From NCBI GenBank assembly GCA_009103225.1, contig RHPI01002438.1, positions 428,750 to 492,749 on the forward strand: a stretch of 64,000 nt of DNA. Reading direction: 5' to 3'. A model generated the notes under the pieces. That model ran no database searches. It saw only the letters and a list, made by a program, of their open reading frames with translations, and was not told the DNA's origin. Each line of letters begins with the position of its first letter. Positions within the stretch are counted from its first letter, which is position 1. Source of the stretch: Chlorokybus atmophyticus. Its lineage: Eukaryota > Plantae > Mesostigma and Chlorokybus algae. The position numbers were made by a program, and so were the translations under genes. Below, one piece after another: positions 1-15,922 of this stretch.

Positions 1-99
1 ATGTGCACGTAGACTTGGGCGCACAAACACATGTACATTGGTATGTATGGGCAATTGCTGCGTACACGCATACGTCCATACCAATCCCGTGAGCGCGGA

Positions 100-336
100 C
101 GCCACCTCCCCCGCCCTCTTCCCCGCCGTCCACAGCATCCTCCCCACCCTCGCGGCGTCCCCCTCGCCCGCGGCCACGCGCAACCGCTCCGCCTCCTCCC
201 TCTCCTCCACGTCCTGCTTCGAGGGAGGACCCACGTCCTCGGGGCGCCAGAGCTCCGGGGCCGTCGTAGCAACCACCACGTGGCCCAAGAACCTCCGCCT
301 GCCGCTGCCACCGCTACCTTGCCGGACCGTAGCCAT
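100..336 (-). CDS. Probable first exon of an ankyrin-repeat-like protein, running off the left edge of the window
   Basis: Minus-strand ATG at 336 opens MATVRQGSGG...EEAERLRVAAGEGDAARVGRML, which resembles an ankyrin first helix (L-x-AA-x-GD-x-x-V-x-x-LL). It is head-to-head with TyrRS. The 3' exon boundary is approximate. Confidence 0.35.
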
Positions 337-597
337 GAGTTAGTGAACCACGCGGATGGAGTGGGACAAGGATCAGCTGCGGCAGGATCAGGCGGGGGGG
401 AGGTGGCGGAAGAGAAGGGCGAAGGAGGCGGCGGCGGCGGCGGCGACGGCGGCGGAGGGATGCACTAACGCTGAGTCACGTGCGCAGGAGGCGTATGATT
501 TCATTGCATAAACGCCGACGGTTTGGTAAAGTGTCGGCGGACGTGAAGCCCCGTCATATTAGCGGCGACCACATCGCCGACGCTGGCGTTCGTGGTG

Positions 598-3354
<2,757 letters not shown>

Positions 3355-4183
3355 TGGGTTTGCATTGGTTGGTTGATTGCGCGCCAGGTGTTGGGGAGGG
3401 GGTGAGTACTGCTGCTCTCGGTGAGTTTTGCTCACGGTGTTGAGGCCATATTGCCCATGGTGTTAGTGTACAGTTATCAGGAACGCAGGCCATCTAGGCC
3501 GTATTTGGGGTCAATGCAGCCATTTAGGTGATATGGAGAGGACTGTGCAACTGTGATACACTGTCCAGCACTCGCAACGCCCCTTGCATATTGTGCGTAG
3601 ACGCGGCATTGGGTAACACATCTTGCAAGCTGCATTGAGGTTGCCATAGTTTCCTCGTGGGACGAGTCGACCACTCCCGGATATTTCAATTTCAACGTGT
3701 CTGCTTTGACTGTGTCAATGCGCAGCTATTTCTACATTGTGCGCATGCAGTTTAAACCTAGCCCTATCTTGTGCTCCAACATGCTGCATTGGTATTGTCA
3801 GCGTGACGTGCACAAGCATGCGTGTGCTGCTGTTAAATTGTGCTGCATCAACGTGGCTCATGTCACGAAACCCACATATTCATACTGTGCATGCAGCATC
3901 AGCATCGTGTGTCCATGCAGCTGCACAGGCGACCAAGTTTTGTTGAAACTGATGCACTGTGAGCCATTTTGGCAGGAAACAGTGCATACATGCGGTAGTA
4001 GCTTGCCTGCGTCACAGCATCATCATCTTCCTCCGCGCAATGCGTGCCTTGCATTGCATCACAGATGAAAGAGCCGCATCTCTCAGCACAGCACAGGACC
4101 AAAATCTCGACCATGTATCAGAAGTCTCCAGAACCAAAACCCAGAATCCTCTCGCAACTATACATACATAACCACCACACTTC

Positions 4184-6893
4184 TCACATTGGCGCGGGCA
4201 TCCCCCCCGTACTCCCGCACATTCCCGCCCCCGTCCCCATCCCCATCGCTCCCGCTCCCCCTTGCTGCGCGTAACAGAGGAACGAGTACGTCATGGCCGG
4301 GACGGCCAGGGAGCGGTAGTCACCCGCGAAGACCCCGGCGCCGTCGCCGTTCAGGGGCCAGTAGGACCAGGAGAGGGGGACCGGGAGGAAGAAACCGGGG
4401 GAGTTGGGACTGAGAGAGGGAGAGATGGGGTTAGTAATGGGTGGGTGGTGGGTGTGGGTGTGGGTGGCACCCTCAGACTCAGAGTCGAACTCAAAATTGT
4501 GCTTTTCTACACACACACATGCACGCACGCTGCTCTGCTTGCATCTCTCATCTCAGTGTCAGTGTGTGTGTGGTGTGTGTGGTGTGTGTGGGGGCGGGGG
4601 GGGGGGGGGNNNNNNNNNNNNNNNNNNNNNNNNNNNNNNNNNGGGGGGGGGGGTGTTTAGGTATTATATTCTCGCTTACGCGTTGCGGTTGCCGCTGCTG
4701 GCGAGGAAGTTTACAAAGTCTGTGAACCACTGGCCCTGAGTGCCCCTCTTCGCCGGGTTAGGGTACAGAGGGTCTCCGTATCCAGTGTCACTGCAAAAGA
4801 CAAGGTGTCAATACGCACTCACACCCACCCACTCCCCCACCCACCACCACTCACGTGTTTCTGGTGCCGAACTCTCCGACCCACACTGGCGCCGTGTCGT
4901 ACGCGACGTGCCCCGTGTTCCCCCACGGATACGGCTTCCCCCCTCCCTTGGGCCAGGTCGGCTTGATCCCGCCCGGCATCGCCAGGTAGGCCCAGTTGGC
5001 GCGCCACTCGGAAGCGAGGGAGAACTTGCCGCAACCGGACTTGTAACAGGTCTGGAGGGGGAGAGAGAAAGAGAGTGTGTGTGTGGGTCTGTTACCTGTT
5101 ATCAAGTGGTTGAGAGTCTTATCACTCACCTGTGAGTTGAAGTAGTACTGCTCGAACAGCGCCGGCCCGTAGTCATGGGGGGCATACACCAGCTTGTTAT
5201 ATACAGGAGGGCCCAACTTACTGCATACAGGGAAACCAACATTATCACACCGCATCCACACAATGAGTAACAGTTTCACCCCACCACGACCCATACTCAC
5301 CTGGCATCTCCTCCTAGGTTGAACACGACGGGTGCCCCCGCGGCGGTGTCGTGTCCGTTGACTCCGCGCAGGTTGGCCCCCCACCACGTGCCGTAGTAGG
5401 GGCCGATGCTCTGACTGGCCTTGGGGGAAGGGTAGGAACCGACGCCCTCGACGAAAAGGAGGGGGAAATCCCACCTAAGGGAGTAAGAGAGTTAGTGTGA
5501 GTGAGAGAGTGGGTGGGTGAGTGGTTGTGTAAAAGCGAGTTGCTTACCCCTTCTTGCTGGCTGCGAGGAAGATTTTGGCGCCTGCGCGTTCGACGGCGAG
5601 GCGGAAGTCGTGGCAGGTGGACTCTGCGGGTACGCGCACGTGTGTGCAGAGTCAGCAGTGTGGATAGTGTGTTTGACCAGGCTCGATGTGGTGTGGCGTC
5701 AATGCAGAGAATGTTTTTGTGCATGTCATGGGATACTTACTTGCAACGCAGGTGGGCTGGAAGGGGTTGGGGTTGGGGTTGACACCTGGGCTGATGCCGT
5801 CGCCGGTGCCCCACGTAGCGCCGGCGAGGTACTTGTTCTGTAAGCAAAAGGATCGTGTCAAGAACTGTACGTGATATGCGAGAACAGACACTGACCGAGT
5901 CCACACAGACGCAGATGGTTGCGTGCACACGCACATGTTGACACATACGCAAGCCCGCACACACGCTTACATTGCCTGTGCTGGCGGGGTGGGGCTCATT
6001 GCGCAGGTCGAAGCCGATGACCGTCGGGTAGCCATCGCTGGCGAGGTAGTTGACCGAGACAGTGTCCAATGTGGGCGACGCCTACAGAGGCGAGGTTAAC
6101 AACACATCCAACACTCAGTACAATGCGATCAGAGCAACATTCTCACAACAACGACAACACTATCAACAACAAGCGTACCACGCTCTCGCCGTGCATCCAG
6201 GACTGTATGTCCACCCAGTCGTTGATCCAGTTGGACTCTCTGTACCCGTCGGGGACGGAGTACCAGAGCCCATTCGTCTGTACACACACACATTGGTTGA
6301 GACACACACACCAATAGTAGCGTAACACAACACCAACAGTCACCAGACGTGCCTGCGGGTTGTCGCCTGCAGTGGAGCGGTGGTTATCCAGCACGACGTG
6401 CATGCCGATGGACCCCGCGTAGTTGAGTATCAGCGCCAGCACGTCACGCTGAGACTTGCCCTGACACTCCCAACATCCCGACACGCCACCGCCGCTCATG
6501 ATGTTGTTCCTCTCCCACATCTCGTTGCTGAAAGGTATGCGCAGGCTGTTGAACCCGAGTCCTTTCACATCGTTGAGGATGTCCTTGTAGTCACGGCTCC
6601 ACAAGCCGTGAGGGACGCCCACCGTCGTCTCCATGCCGTACCAGTTGAGGGCTGCGGGAGTGAGGGCCAGAGTCAGATGCATCAGACATGCGAGGAGTGG
6701 AGTGGAGTGGAGTGTGTGACGTGTGCACATACAACCCCCCCTCCTCACATGCGATTCGGTATTGTTTCCCGTCGGGGGAGAGTATGGCGGAACCCTGCGT
6801 GCGCCATCCCCCTCCTCCTCCCGCCGTGGTTGCCGAATAAGAAGGCGAAGGCAGGAGGGCGAGAAGGAGCAGGAGGGGGACGATAGGGGTCAT
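4184..6893 (-). CDS. Secreted glycoside hydrolase family 5 (E1/GH5_1-like endoglucanase), multi-exon
   Basis: Signal peptide MTPIVPLLLLLALLP, then LNWYGMET..VPHGLWSRDY, LGFNSLRIPFS and VVLDNH. Acid/base Glu in GFDLRNEPH and nucleophile Glu in APVWVGEFG. Also LLFVEGV..WWGANLRG, LVYAPHDYG and WSYWPLN. Motif order matches the Acidothermus E1 catalytic domain. An N gap at 4610-4641 lies in an intron. Confidence 0.92.
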
Positions 6894-9695
6894 GACGATG
6901 GCTCGTCCGCCTCCTGGGTTAAGTCTTGATGCGGGGAGGAGAGCACTTATCCTCATGTCTGTTGCGTCATCGGGTGGGTGGGTACGATGCTCTGGTACTA
7001 CTTTTCAGCCTGTGGGATACGGGGTGAGTTTTTCAGTGTGTGAAACCTCTGAGTTTGTGGCAGGTATGAGAAGGAGCTGGTGTTATGTCTGGTGTGCATG
7101 TGTCCAGTCCGTCCCCGTGCTGTCACGCACATACGCACGTACGCGTGCACACGTGCGGACACATACAAATATGGACAGTGATGCGTATGCTACCATACGC
7201 TACAGGCTATACTTGTCGGTGCTTTGGCAGTTGTGCCCAAATCCACAAGCTCATCCATACTTGTTGCAAGAAAGACACCCCNNNNNNNNNNNNNNNNNNN
7301 NNNNNNNNNNNNNNNNNNNNNNNNNNNNNNNNNNNNNNNNNNNNNNNNNNNNNNNNNNNNNNNNNNNNNNNNNNNNNNNNNNNNNNNNNNNNNNNNNNNN
7401 NNNNNNNNNNNNNNNNNNNNNNNNNNNNNNNNNNNNNNNNNNNNNNNNNNNNNNNNNNNNNNNNNNNNNNNNNNNNNNNNNNNNNNNNNNNNNNNNNNNN
7501 NNNNNNNNNNNNNNNNNNNNNNNNNNNNNNNNNNNNNNCCATCCCCTCTTACAACCAGCAATCACAGCTTGCAGACCACGATGCTCAGCTCATGCACCCA
7601 CGCATACCTTACGCCAAAGGCACAATCACGGTGCGACACCCCTTTGGCTCTCGAAACCAGCTGCTGCTAGTGCTGCCTCCAAGAGCTGAAACACACAGCA
7701 GGCCAACAGCAGCGCACAAAGCGAGTATGCTATGGAGGGCACAAACAGCACTCTGGTACAGAGTGTCTGTGGCCCAGGAGGCCAGGCGTGTGGTGCTCAA
7801 GACTGAAACAATTGCAACACAACCACTACACTGGACGCCTGCAAAGGAAGCAAAGAGGGGAGAGCAAACAACACAACCGCTTGCATGCACGCACACGTAC
7901 ACGTACTTAAGCATATGAACGCCGTTACACTGTACCGCAGCAGGGGATCCAATTTGGCACGTCAGGCAGGGTCGACAGACAGCGTTCGGTCGCCAGGCAG
8001 TCGACACTTACTCTAACAAAAGAGCCGTTCTTTGTGCCCTAAGTGCCGACGCATAACATGATGAGCGTCGACAGACGGTTCGAGCAAACGAGTCCGTCCC
8101 CGCCACGAGCCGACACGCTTTACCGCGTTGGGTACAGCGGTTAAGACGGAGATTAAGCGCAAGTTCCACGGCTAGTGTCAGGGGGATCTGGTGATATGGT
8201 CAGTCAAAGGTGACTGAACATGGGTTGGTGGCAGGGGAGCACGGTTTGTCATTATGACGGGCGCACGTGACTTGCGGGGAGCAGACTCTGTCAGCACCCG
8301 TTATAGGAGTATAGCAATTGGAGTGCTCCTCACCTTCAAAGGTAATGAAAGCCAAGGTCCGTCAACGCAACGGAAGCCTTGATGACATCTAAAGTAATAG
8401 CAGCATCAACAGAAAGTAACACCGCTACGAGTCATGTGATGACGTGTCTATAATGGTTCATGTTAACGTAGAGGGTATTGAGGGTTGTCACATTATACAA
8501 TTACACGCAACATTATTGTAAGTTTTAATCTCATATCAAATTATAATAAGGGCTCTGCAAGATGACGTATCTCTGTGTTACTTGATATGTGCGATGATAT
8601 AAGGATACATTGAATTGCGTATATCACACCCTTTATATTATATACGTGCGTGCAATGTGCATGCATGACATACAGTATGTTGTGCACAATACAACGACAT
8701 AATGAACATGGATATGGTTATTGTATTGTTGAGAACGCATTGATTTTGCGGCAGGTATGCAACAGAAGCTCCGCTAGCCATACACGTTTTATACAATATT
8801 GCAATTGCATCTGCTTGGATGAGGTGTTCCATATATTCATGCATTAACAAAAAACGCATGTAGGTTCACCCAGTAAACGGTCCACAGACGTGCAATATAT
8901 ATTACAATGTACCTTATAAATAGTAAGTTTACTCAAAGGTTGTATACGGTATACATACCAACTCATAATTCATACGCAACTTATTTAGCATACATGGATC
9001 ATGCGTGACTTGTTTTATGTGATGTGAGTGCAATGTAGCATGTGCATGAAACAAGAAAAGGTCAAAACATGCTGTATTTTGTATATTCACGGTTGGCGTG
9101 TTTATGGTATTGAACATGCTTATCAGACATAGTATACGTTTCATACCACTTGAAAGTTGCACAACATAGCAAATGTTGCACTTATTCAAGTTCATTACAT
9201 TATCATCAATATGTATAACAAAATATACCTTTACGCTTCGATAATATAAAAATTGCAATTCAAAGATATTTTAATACATTGTTGAATTAGCATTTCATGA
9301 CATGACGCATTCAAGCTAGCGTATAACAAGGGTCGCACATTTTCCACGCATTCAACAAGCTGAGAACAACTTTATGGATACTGCATTTCACCCCTCCCCC
9401 CNNNNNNNNNNGCCTACGACAGTGTGTGGTGCAGTGTTGCATGCATGGTGTGGTCTGAATGGGCATAGCCCTCTCGCATTTTGTATACAACACTCCCCAT
9501 TACGGGTGGGTGGGGGAGGGGGGGCTTTGTTTGCAAGCGGGGGTTGTACTCAACAACATACAGTAACGTTACTAACGCAAACAATAATTTCAATAGCAAT
9601 AAAATAACAACCACGTAAAGTTCTGATTACTACCTTGGTGTGATGATATCACATGCCATAATATTCAAAACATCATAAACAATATACTCCTAACC

Positions 9696-11758
9696 TTATC
9701 TGACCCGTTTCATAATCTGATCATATGTTGAGAACATAATCATCGTCGACGGCGCCACCCACATCACTCTCGACGTCGCTCCCCGCATGAACGCCGCCGC
9801 GCCCTCCGTCTTGTAAATGGTCGCGACCGCGTCGAGGGCCCCCTTGTATGATGTCGAGGAGGCCACGTTGCTCTTGCCTTGCACTTGGAGACGGGTTTTC
9901 ACGATGTCCTGGGAATGGGGGCTTAGAGCGTGTGATGACAATAATTGATATGTTGTTGTTGATGTTGTGTGCAATGCGCACCATCGGGTTTGTTATGGCT
10001 GCTGCAAAAGCGCTGCTGGTGAATGCCGACAAGAGCTCCCACTCTACCGCAAGCTCATGGACCTGTTTAGCAAGCACATCAATGGTCTTACATGACAATA
10101 CCTGAATGGCCCGATAAGGAGTGCGCAGACAACAACCAATCAATGAGAAGAGTCCGCACAACATCGACTCATGAGAGCAAAACAAGTTTTACCGATGCGG
10201 CCCCGGTGTAGTGAGCTGCTAGTTGTTTGCTGCCTTCCCAGAGCGGAAGAAACACCGCATTGAAGGGCATCCAAACCGCCTGCATACCCACAACATCCTT
10301 ACCATCGAACAACAAGCAAGTGCTTGCAACATCACACACGTGTGCGCGCACCTGCGTCATGCCGAAGCCGCGGTACAGAGCGCGCCAGCCTTCGGTGCGA
10401 TACACCGTCACAGCCGTGTTGATGGACCCCTGTGCGACAAGCATTAGGTACTTCTTTGCAGTGTATGCGTGTGCGCGTGCGCGTGCGCGTGCCATGTGTG
10501 CGTGTGTCTGCGCTTCTGTGCAAGGGCTTGTGCCAGCATGTGTGCGTGCGCTCGCGCATGTGAGTGTGTGTATGAGTGCGTGCGCGCGCGCGTGTGCATG
10601 CGTGACGTGCTGTTTGGATTTTGCTCACCGTACATGGTATGCACCGGCCTGCGCCCTCGTCTGCACCATCTGCCTCTGCCTCACCACCTCCAGCGGCACC
10701 ATCAGCAGCGACTGCGCGACGGTCGCCACCACACCGCCGCAGAACTGCGCCATCGCACTCTCATGCCCGCCTGAGAACAACAAGGAGTCGAAAAGTATCA
10801 TGTGTGTGATGGGAATCGGGTACACACATACAGCGCGCGCACGCACGCACGCACGCAAGCACATATCCACAAGTACCTGGCAGGAGCCTTTTCCAGCTCT
10901 CATACGTGCCCATGTACAGAAACTGCGCGGGGGCCACCTGCACGACCGTGCCGAAACCCTGTCAAGGCAACAACGTGCACAACAAGACGGTCACAACAGT
11001 GAGAACACTGATGTTGGGGTGGGACAAGCCAACGCGAGGAATGCACGCGCGCACCTTGAACAGGCCGCGCAGTCCCTCTTTTGCGACAATCCCCGCGAGC
11101 GCGTCCAGAGGGCCTTTGTATCTGTACAGAGCCGTCGCTGCGCTGGCAGCTCCCTGCACCTGCATGCTGACCACAACCACACACACACACGCACACTCAA
11201 CACAGCCCACATATGTTGAGGAGTTGCATGCTGATTTTGTTGGTCGCATCGTTATTGGCGAAGGTGGTGGTGGTGGTTATGTGTGTGAGGTTAGCCCATA
11301 GCCCTCACCGTGACTTGACGGTGCACATTGGGTAGGTGATGCCGTCAGCGACCGCGCCTGCCACCACACACTTGTTGGCAACTCTCCCACCACTGCACCA
11401 GTACGCTCATACACACGCGCACGCGCGCGCAGATGTGTGGAATTGTTTGTGGCATCAGTACTTGTGACAGCAGTACAAGCATGCAACAGCATAAGCAATG
11501 CGCTTGCCTGCGAAGCCGCCGGCGAGAGCGTCTTTGAGCACGCTGTGCTTGGCATACTGCACATGGCCTTGGCCTTCTTTGGGAAGAGAGAGAGAGAGTT
11601 GGAGAGATCACGCGCATGCACACACATACACAGCGTCAGTCAGCACTACGCGTGTGTGTGTCAAGTAGCCTACCACACGCTGAGCCAACATGCTGAGACA
11701 AACAAGTACCCTGCGTCGCATCCAGGTGGGCGGCGGCAGCGGCGGCAGAGCCGTCCAT
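9696..11758 (-). CDS. Mitochondrial carrier (SLC25) protein, multi-exon
   Basis: Three carrier repeats: YPMCTVKSRMQVQ..YKGPLDAL..EGLRGLFK, VPLEVVRQRQMVQ..EGWRALYRG and NPMDIVKTRLQVQ..YKGALDA..EGAAAFMRG. ATG at 11758 has an in-frame upstream stop. One GC-AG intron. Confidence 0.9.
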
Positions 11759-13325
11759 GTCATGCGGGTGTGGAGGTCAACAAGCGGCGGGGCGGCGCGC
11801 GGGGTTACGGGCATGGGCTGCGTCGTCGCCCAACTTGCCCGTCCACCCGCTTGCCGCCGCCGCCGCCGCCGTCGCCGCTGTCGCCGCCCCTTCTGAGCAC
11901 CAGAGTCGCACGTGCGGGACATAAGCGCTGGTGTGGTGGTCGTCATGGCTGTCAGTGTCGTCGTCGTCGGCGGCGGCGGCGGCGACGTATCGTCTGGTAG
12001 CTTACATGCAGGTAGCTTAGCAAAGAACTCAGGCGAAAGAGGAGGAGGACGACGGTGGGGGAGGACGCCCGACGACTTTTGCAGGGTGTAAGCAGTTTTT
12101 ATTGGTTGCGAGGTAATGCACAATTCTGCGTTCTGGCCATGCATGCATGCGTGCATGCGTGCGTACGTACGTGCGTGAGTGAGTGTGCGAGTGAGTGCAG
12201 CACAGCCGGCCTGCGGCAAACAAAGTTGCAGGACGATAGTTGCTCACAAGGGTGCGTCCTCAGCTTCAAGTGGCCTCTTGTTGCTGCTTGCCATCAGCCA
12301 GTGCACTGGTTGGATGCGCAGCAAGTCCCTCATCATGCAGCTGCGGGAGTGAGCCATGCACTTGCCTGTTGCTGGTTTCATGGGCTCAAGTGACCCGTCC
12401 ATGCGGCTTGTCGTGTTGTGTGGGCAACCTTGCCATTGCCGTCGTTGTTGTTGTTGCTGTCGTCATCACCGTTGTGGTTGTCGTCGCTGCTGCTACTCCA
12501 AGCCTGTCTCTCAGGGAGGACCCCTCCTTGCCTATGCAGCGCCAGAGGCCTGCACCTACACGTCTGCCTTTTTGGGTGATTCTGTTTGTGTTTCTGTTTG
12601 TGGTGCTTCTGTTTCCCACAATTGGCGTGGCTCTCATCATCCAAGAAACCGCTGTCGCGTGCGCACACCATACTCATTTGAGCACGCCAACCGGAGTTAG
12701 TTAGTGATTCACATGTCATTTTCTTGCGCATGCACGTGTCACCACCACCTCCACGGTATAGCTGCTGTGCTACAGGCTTGTTAGTCAAATTTTGCCTTTG
12801 CCTCTGCCTACCTTGCACGCACTTGGTTGCAGTTGTAGAATGATTGTGTGTAGCCCCTGCTTGCATTCATTGCTGAGTGCTTGGGTAGCTGGGGTGCTGC
12901 GTGTTGCATCAGTCATTTTAGACAGCCCGTACATTGCGTCGACCGACGTCACAGATGTAGCATACTATCTGTTTATACACTGGAGGCACCGCATATATGA
13001 AAGATTGCGCACGAGATGGGAACCAGGGGGAAAAACAAATGGCCTACCTAATAACCCCTTCAAATTGCGTCAAGCCGCATCGCATGGTGGTATATTCTAT
13101 AGCTGGGCAGCGGTGCAAGAGACATTTCCGTTTGGCATTGTTTGTACACCACACGCTGGCGCAGGACACAATTGCTGCTAGGACTACACTATACACGGCG
13201 CCAAAGGACGTCAGGTACCGTGCGCATGATGCACATCTCCGTGGCTGTGCGCACGTCATGCCCGACGAACAACCGCACCACCAGATAGTGTATGTTAATT
13301 TCATGAGACAGACAAATGACTAATA

Positions 13326-13960
13326 TTACTCAGCCTTGGGTTGCGGTAGTATCACCCCTTTGAGCGTGGTGACCGCGTCCCCCTGCAGCACCGCCCTCTG
13401 CCTCTCCCAATCCACGCGCACGCGCACCTCACCGCCCCTCGCCGAACACTGTCGTATTGCAACACAACACAACACAACACAATACCCACATCGAGCAAGA
13501 GAGAGAGTGAGAATTGAGTGAGTGCATGATTGTTTTCGCAAAGCAAACACCTACCTGATACGCCAACAGAGTGTCTTTGTTGAGCTTGCGAGCCCAGTAC
13601 GGCCCGCTGGTGCAGTGCGCACTCCCCGTCACAGGATCCTGCACACAACATCCACGTTGTATCCATGCCGTGTGAAACCGCAATCCCAACATGCTTGCCT
13701 CGTCTACGCCGACGTTGGGTGCGAAGAACCGCGACACGTAGTCGTGTCCCGCTCCAGCGCTGTTGTTGTTGTTGCTGTCGGTGAGTGCGGTCGCGATGAT
13801 GCCGACGTGGTCGGAGAGGAGCTTCAGCTTAGAGAAGTCGGGGCGGAGGGCACGAACGGCGGACGCGGAGGACAACTCGGCCTGGAGAGATGAGAGCGTG
13901 AGAGTTAGGAGAACATGTGCACGCACACGCGCGCGCGTGTGTGTTTATCTCACGCGCACA

Positions 13961-13992
<32 letters not shown>

Positions 13993-15305
13993 CAACTCTC
14001 TCACCAGGTAGTACTTTATGCGGTTGATGCCAAGCCATTTGATGTCTGTCCCGAGTGCCTCCGCCACGCGGGCCATGTCGTCCCGGTCGCATTCCTGCGC
14101 GAGCTCCAGCGGGAAGTCCAGTTCGTACGCGACGGGACTGTCGACAGCCAACCGCGCTGCACACGCACGATCAGTTGCACATCTCACGACATGCGCATGC
14201 GCCAGATCAGCAACCACCCAACCTGAGAGCGGGCCGCTTCGCGTGTGGAACGTCGCATCCTGAACGCAGAGTCACAGCCCTCTGTGAGAGTCGTGTGCAC
14301 ATTGCGTCGTCGCGATCTGGCCTCATGCACGACAGCTTGAACATACAACGTAAGGATGTGAGCCCTCCCGCTTACTACCTGTGACACGATGCCTGCCTGC
14401 ACCATCGCATGGAAGGCCGCCAGCGTGGCGTGCCCGCACAGGTCCACCTCGGTGCCGCCCGCAGTGAACCACCGCAGACCGTACTGGCCGGACTCTGATC
14501 ACGGGGCACGCATGTGTGTGCGCGTGCGTGCGCGTGTGAGTGCGTGCGTGCGTGTGTGTCGGCATGGTTGCTTGTGTGTGCCTGCATGTGCGTATGCGAG
14601 TGTGCATGTGTGCAGCCACGTATGCGTGCACGCATGTGTGTGCGCGTGCGTGCACGCACTTACACGCACGTGCATGTGAACAGGCGTCCGTGCGTGTGTG
14701 TGCATATGCGTGCGTGCGTGCGTGCGTGCGTGTGTGTGTGCATGTGTGTGTCCAAATGTGTGTGCGCATATATATAAGCAGGAATTTATACGCGCGTGCG
14801 CGTGGGTGTGGGTGCGTGCGTGCACCTGCACGTGTCCCTGTACATGTGTGCGTGCGTGCGTGCGCGTGCACATGTACACACCCCAATCACATATCTCCAT
14901 CCCACTCCACACATCAACCGCAGCAACGGCCCACCTTCTCGCGGTGTCACGAACGCCGTCTCCGCAAGGTTCATCTCCCGCGCCACGCCGGCCATCCACG
15001 CATCGTCAGCGTCCCCGTCACCGCCCGGCAGGCACACCACCGCGGCGGGGTTGCCCTTGAACGGCACTCTGGTGAAGGCATCCACCTGTGCGCAAGCGAG
15101 CGTTGAAGCATTCGTCACGTCCTAGTCCAGTCCGACAGTCAACAGCGGTGTGGAGGTGTGGTGAAAAGAATGGTCTCGTCGCCATCCACTGCCCACTGAC
15201 CTGCATGAAGGGTATGCCTTGGTGGAATGCGTCGGCGTCCACGAGGGCAAGCGCTCTGCTGCTGCTGTTGCTGCTGGTGGTAGTAGGCTGGGCTGCGGCA
15301 TCCAT
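13326..15305 (-). CDS. PhzF/PhzC-like (diaminopimelate epimerase fold) protein, multi-exon
   Basis: Motifs VDAFTRVPFKGNPAAV, EMNLAETAF, LRWFT..EVDLCGHATLA, SRFFAP..GVDEDPVTGSAHC and SARGGEV...LQGDAV. One GC-AG intron. Confidence 0.93.
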
Positions 15306-15699
15306 GGCTACAGCTTCTGGCTTCCTCCCTGCATGCATGCGTGCACAAACAATGTGGAAGGCGCAGCTCTCAGCATAGTTTACAAAGCCGATTCATAGCC
15401 TCAATGCTCCAAGTACAGCACTCAGAGTTGATGCAATGCCGCTCACCTGCCGCCTCCGCCGCCTCCGCCGCCGCCGCTGGCTCTGACGTCACAGCGACAC
15501 TGCACAGCAATGACGTAGCAGTGTACGGAGGGAGGTGAGAACTTGGATGAAGGAATGTCATGTGTGTTTCATGTGTTATGTTTCACTCACAAATTTGGGC
15601 TTGGGGCAAGAATAGGGTTGTAACAATGCCGTGTAAGACAACGCTTTGTTGTGTTGTGCAACACGCTTTGTGTCACCGCAGCAGTTGCGTCCATTCACC

Positions 15700-15702
<3 letters not shown>

Positions 15703-15785
<83 letters not shown>

Positions 15786-15862
15786 NNNNNNNNNNNNNNN
15801 NNNNNNNNNNNNNNNNNNNNNNNNNNNNNNNNNNNNNNNNNNNNNNNNNNNNNNNNNNNNNN

Positions 15863-15921
<59 letters not shown>
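15703..15921. repeat. (GA)n microsatellite spanning an assembly gap (N 15786-15862)
   Basis: Perfect AG dinucleotide run on both sides of the gap. Confidence 0.95.

Positions 15922-15922
<1 letters not shown>

Noticed and set aside
7900-9400. AT-rich intergenic block as a possible DNA transposon or organellar insertion
   Set aside because: No TIRs, TSD, transposase or organellar gene motifs recognised.
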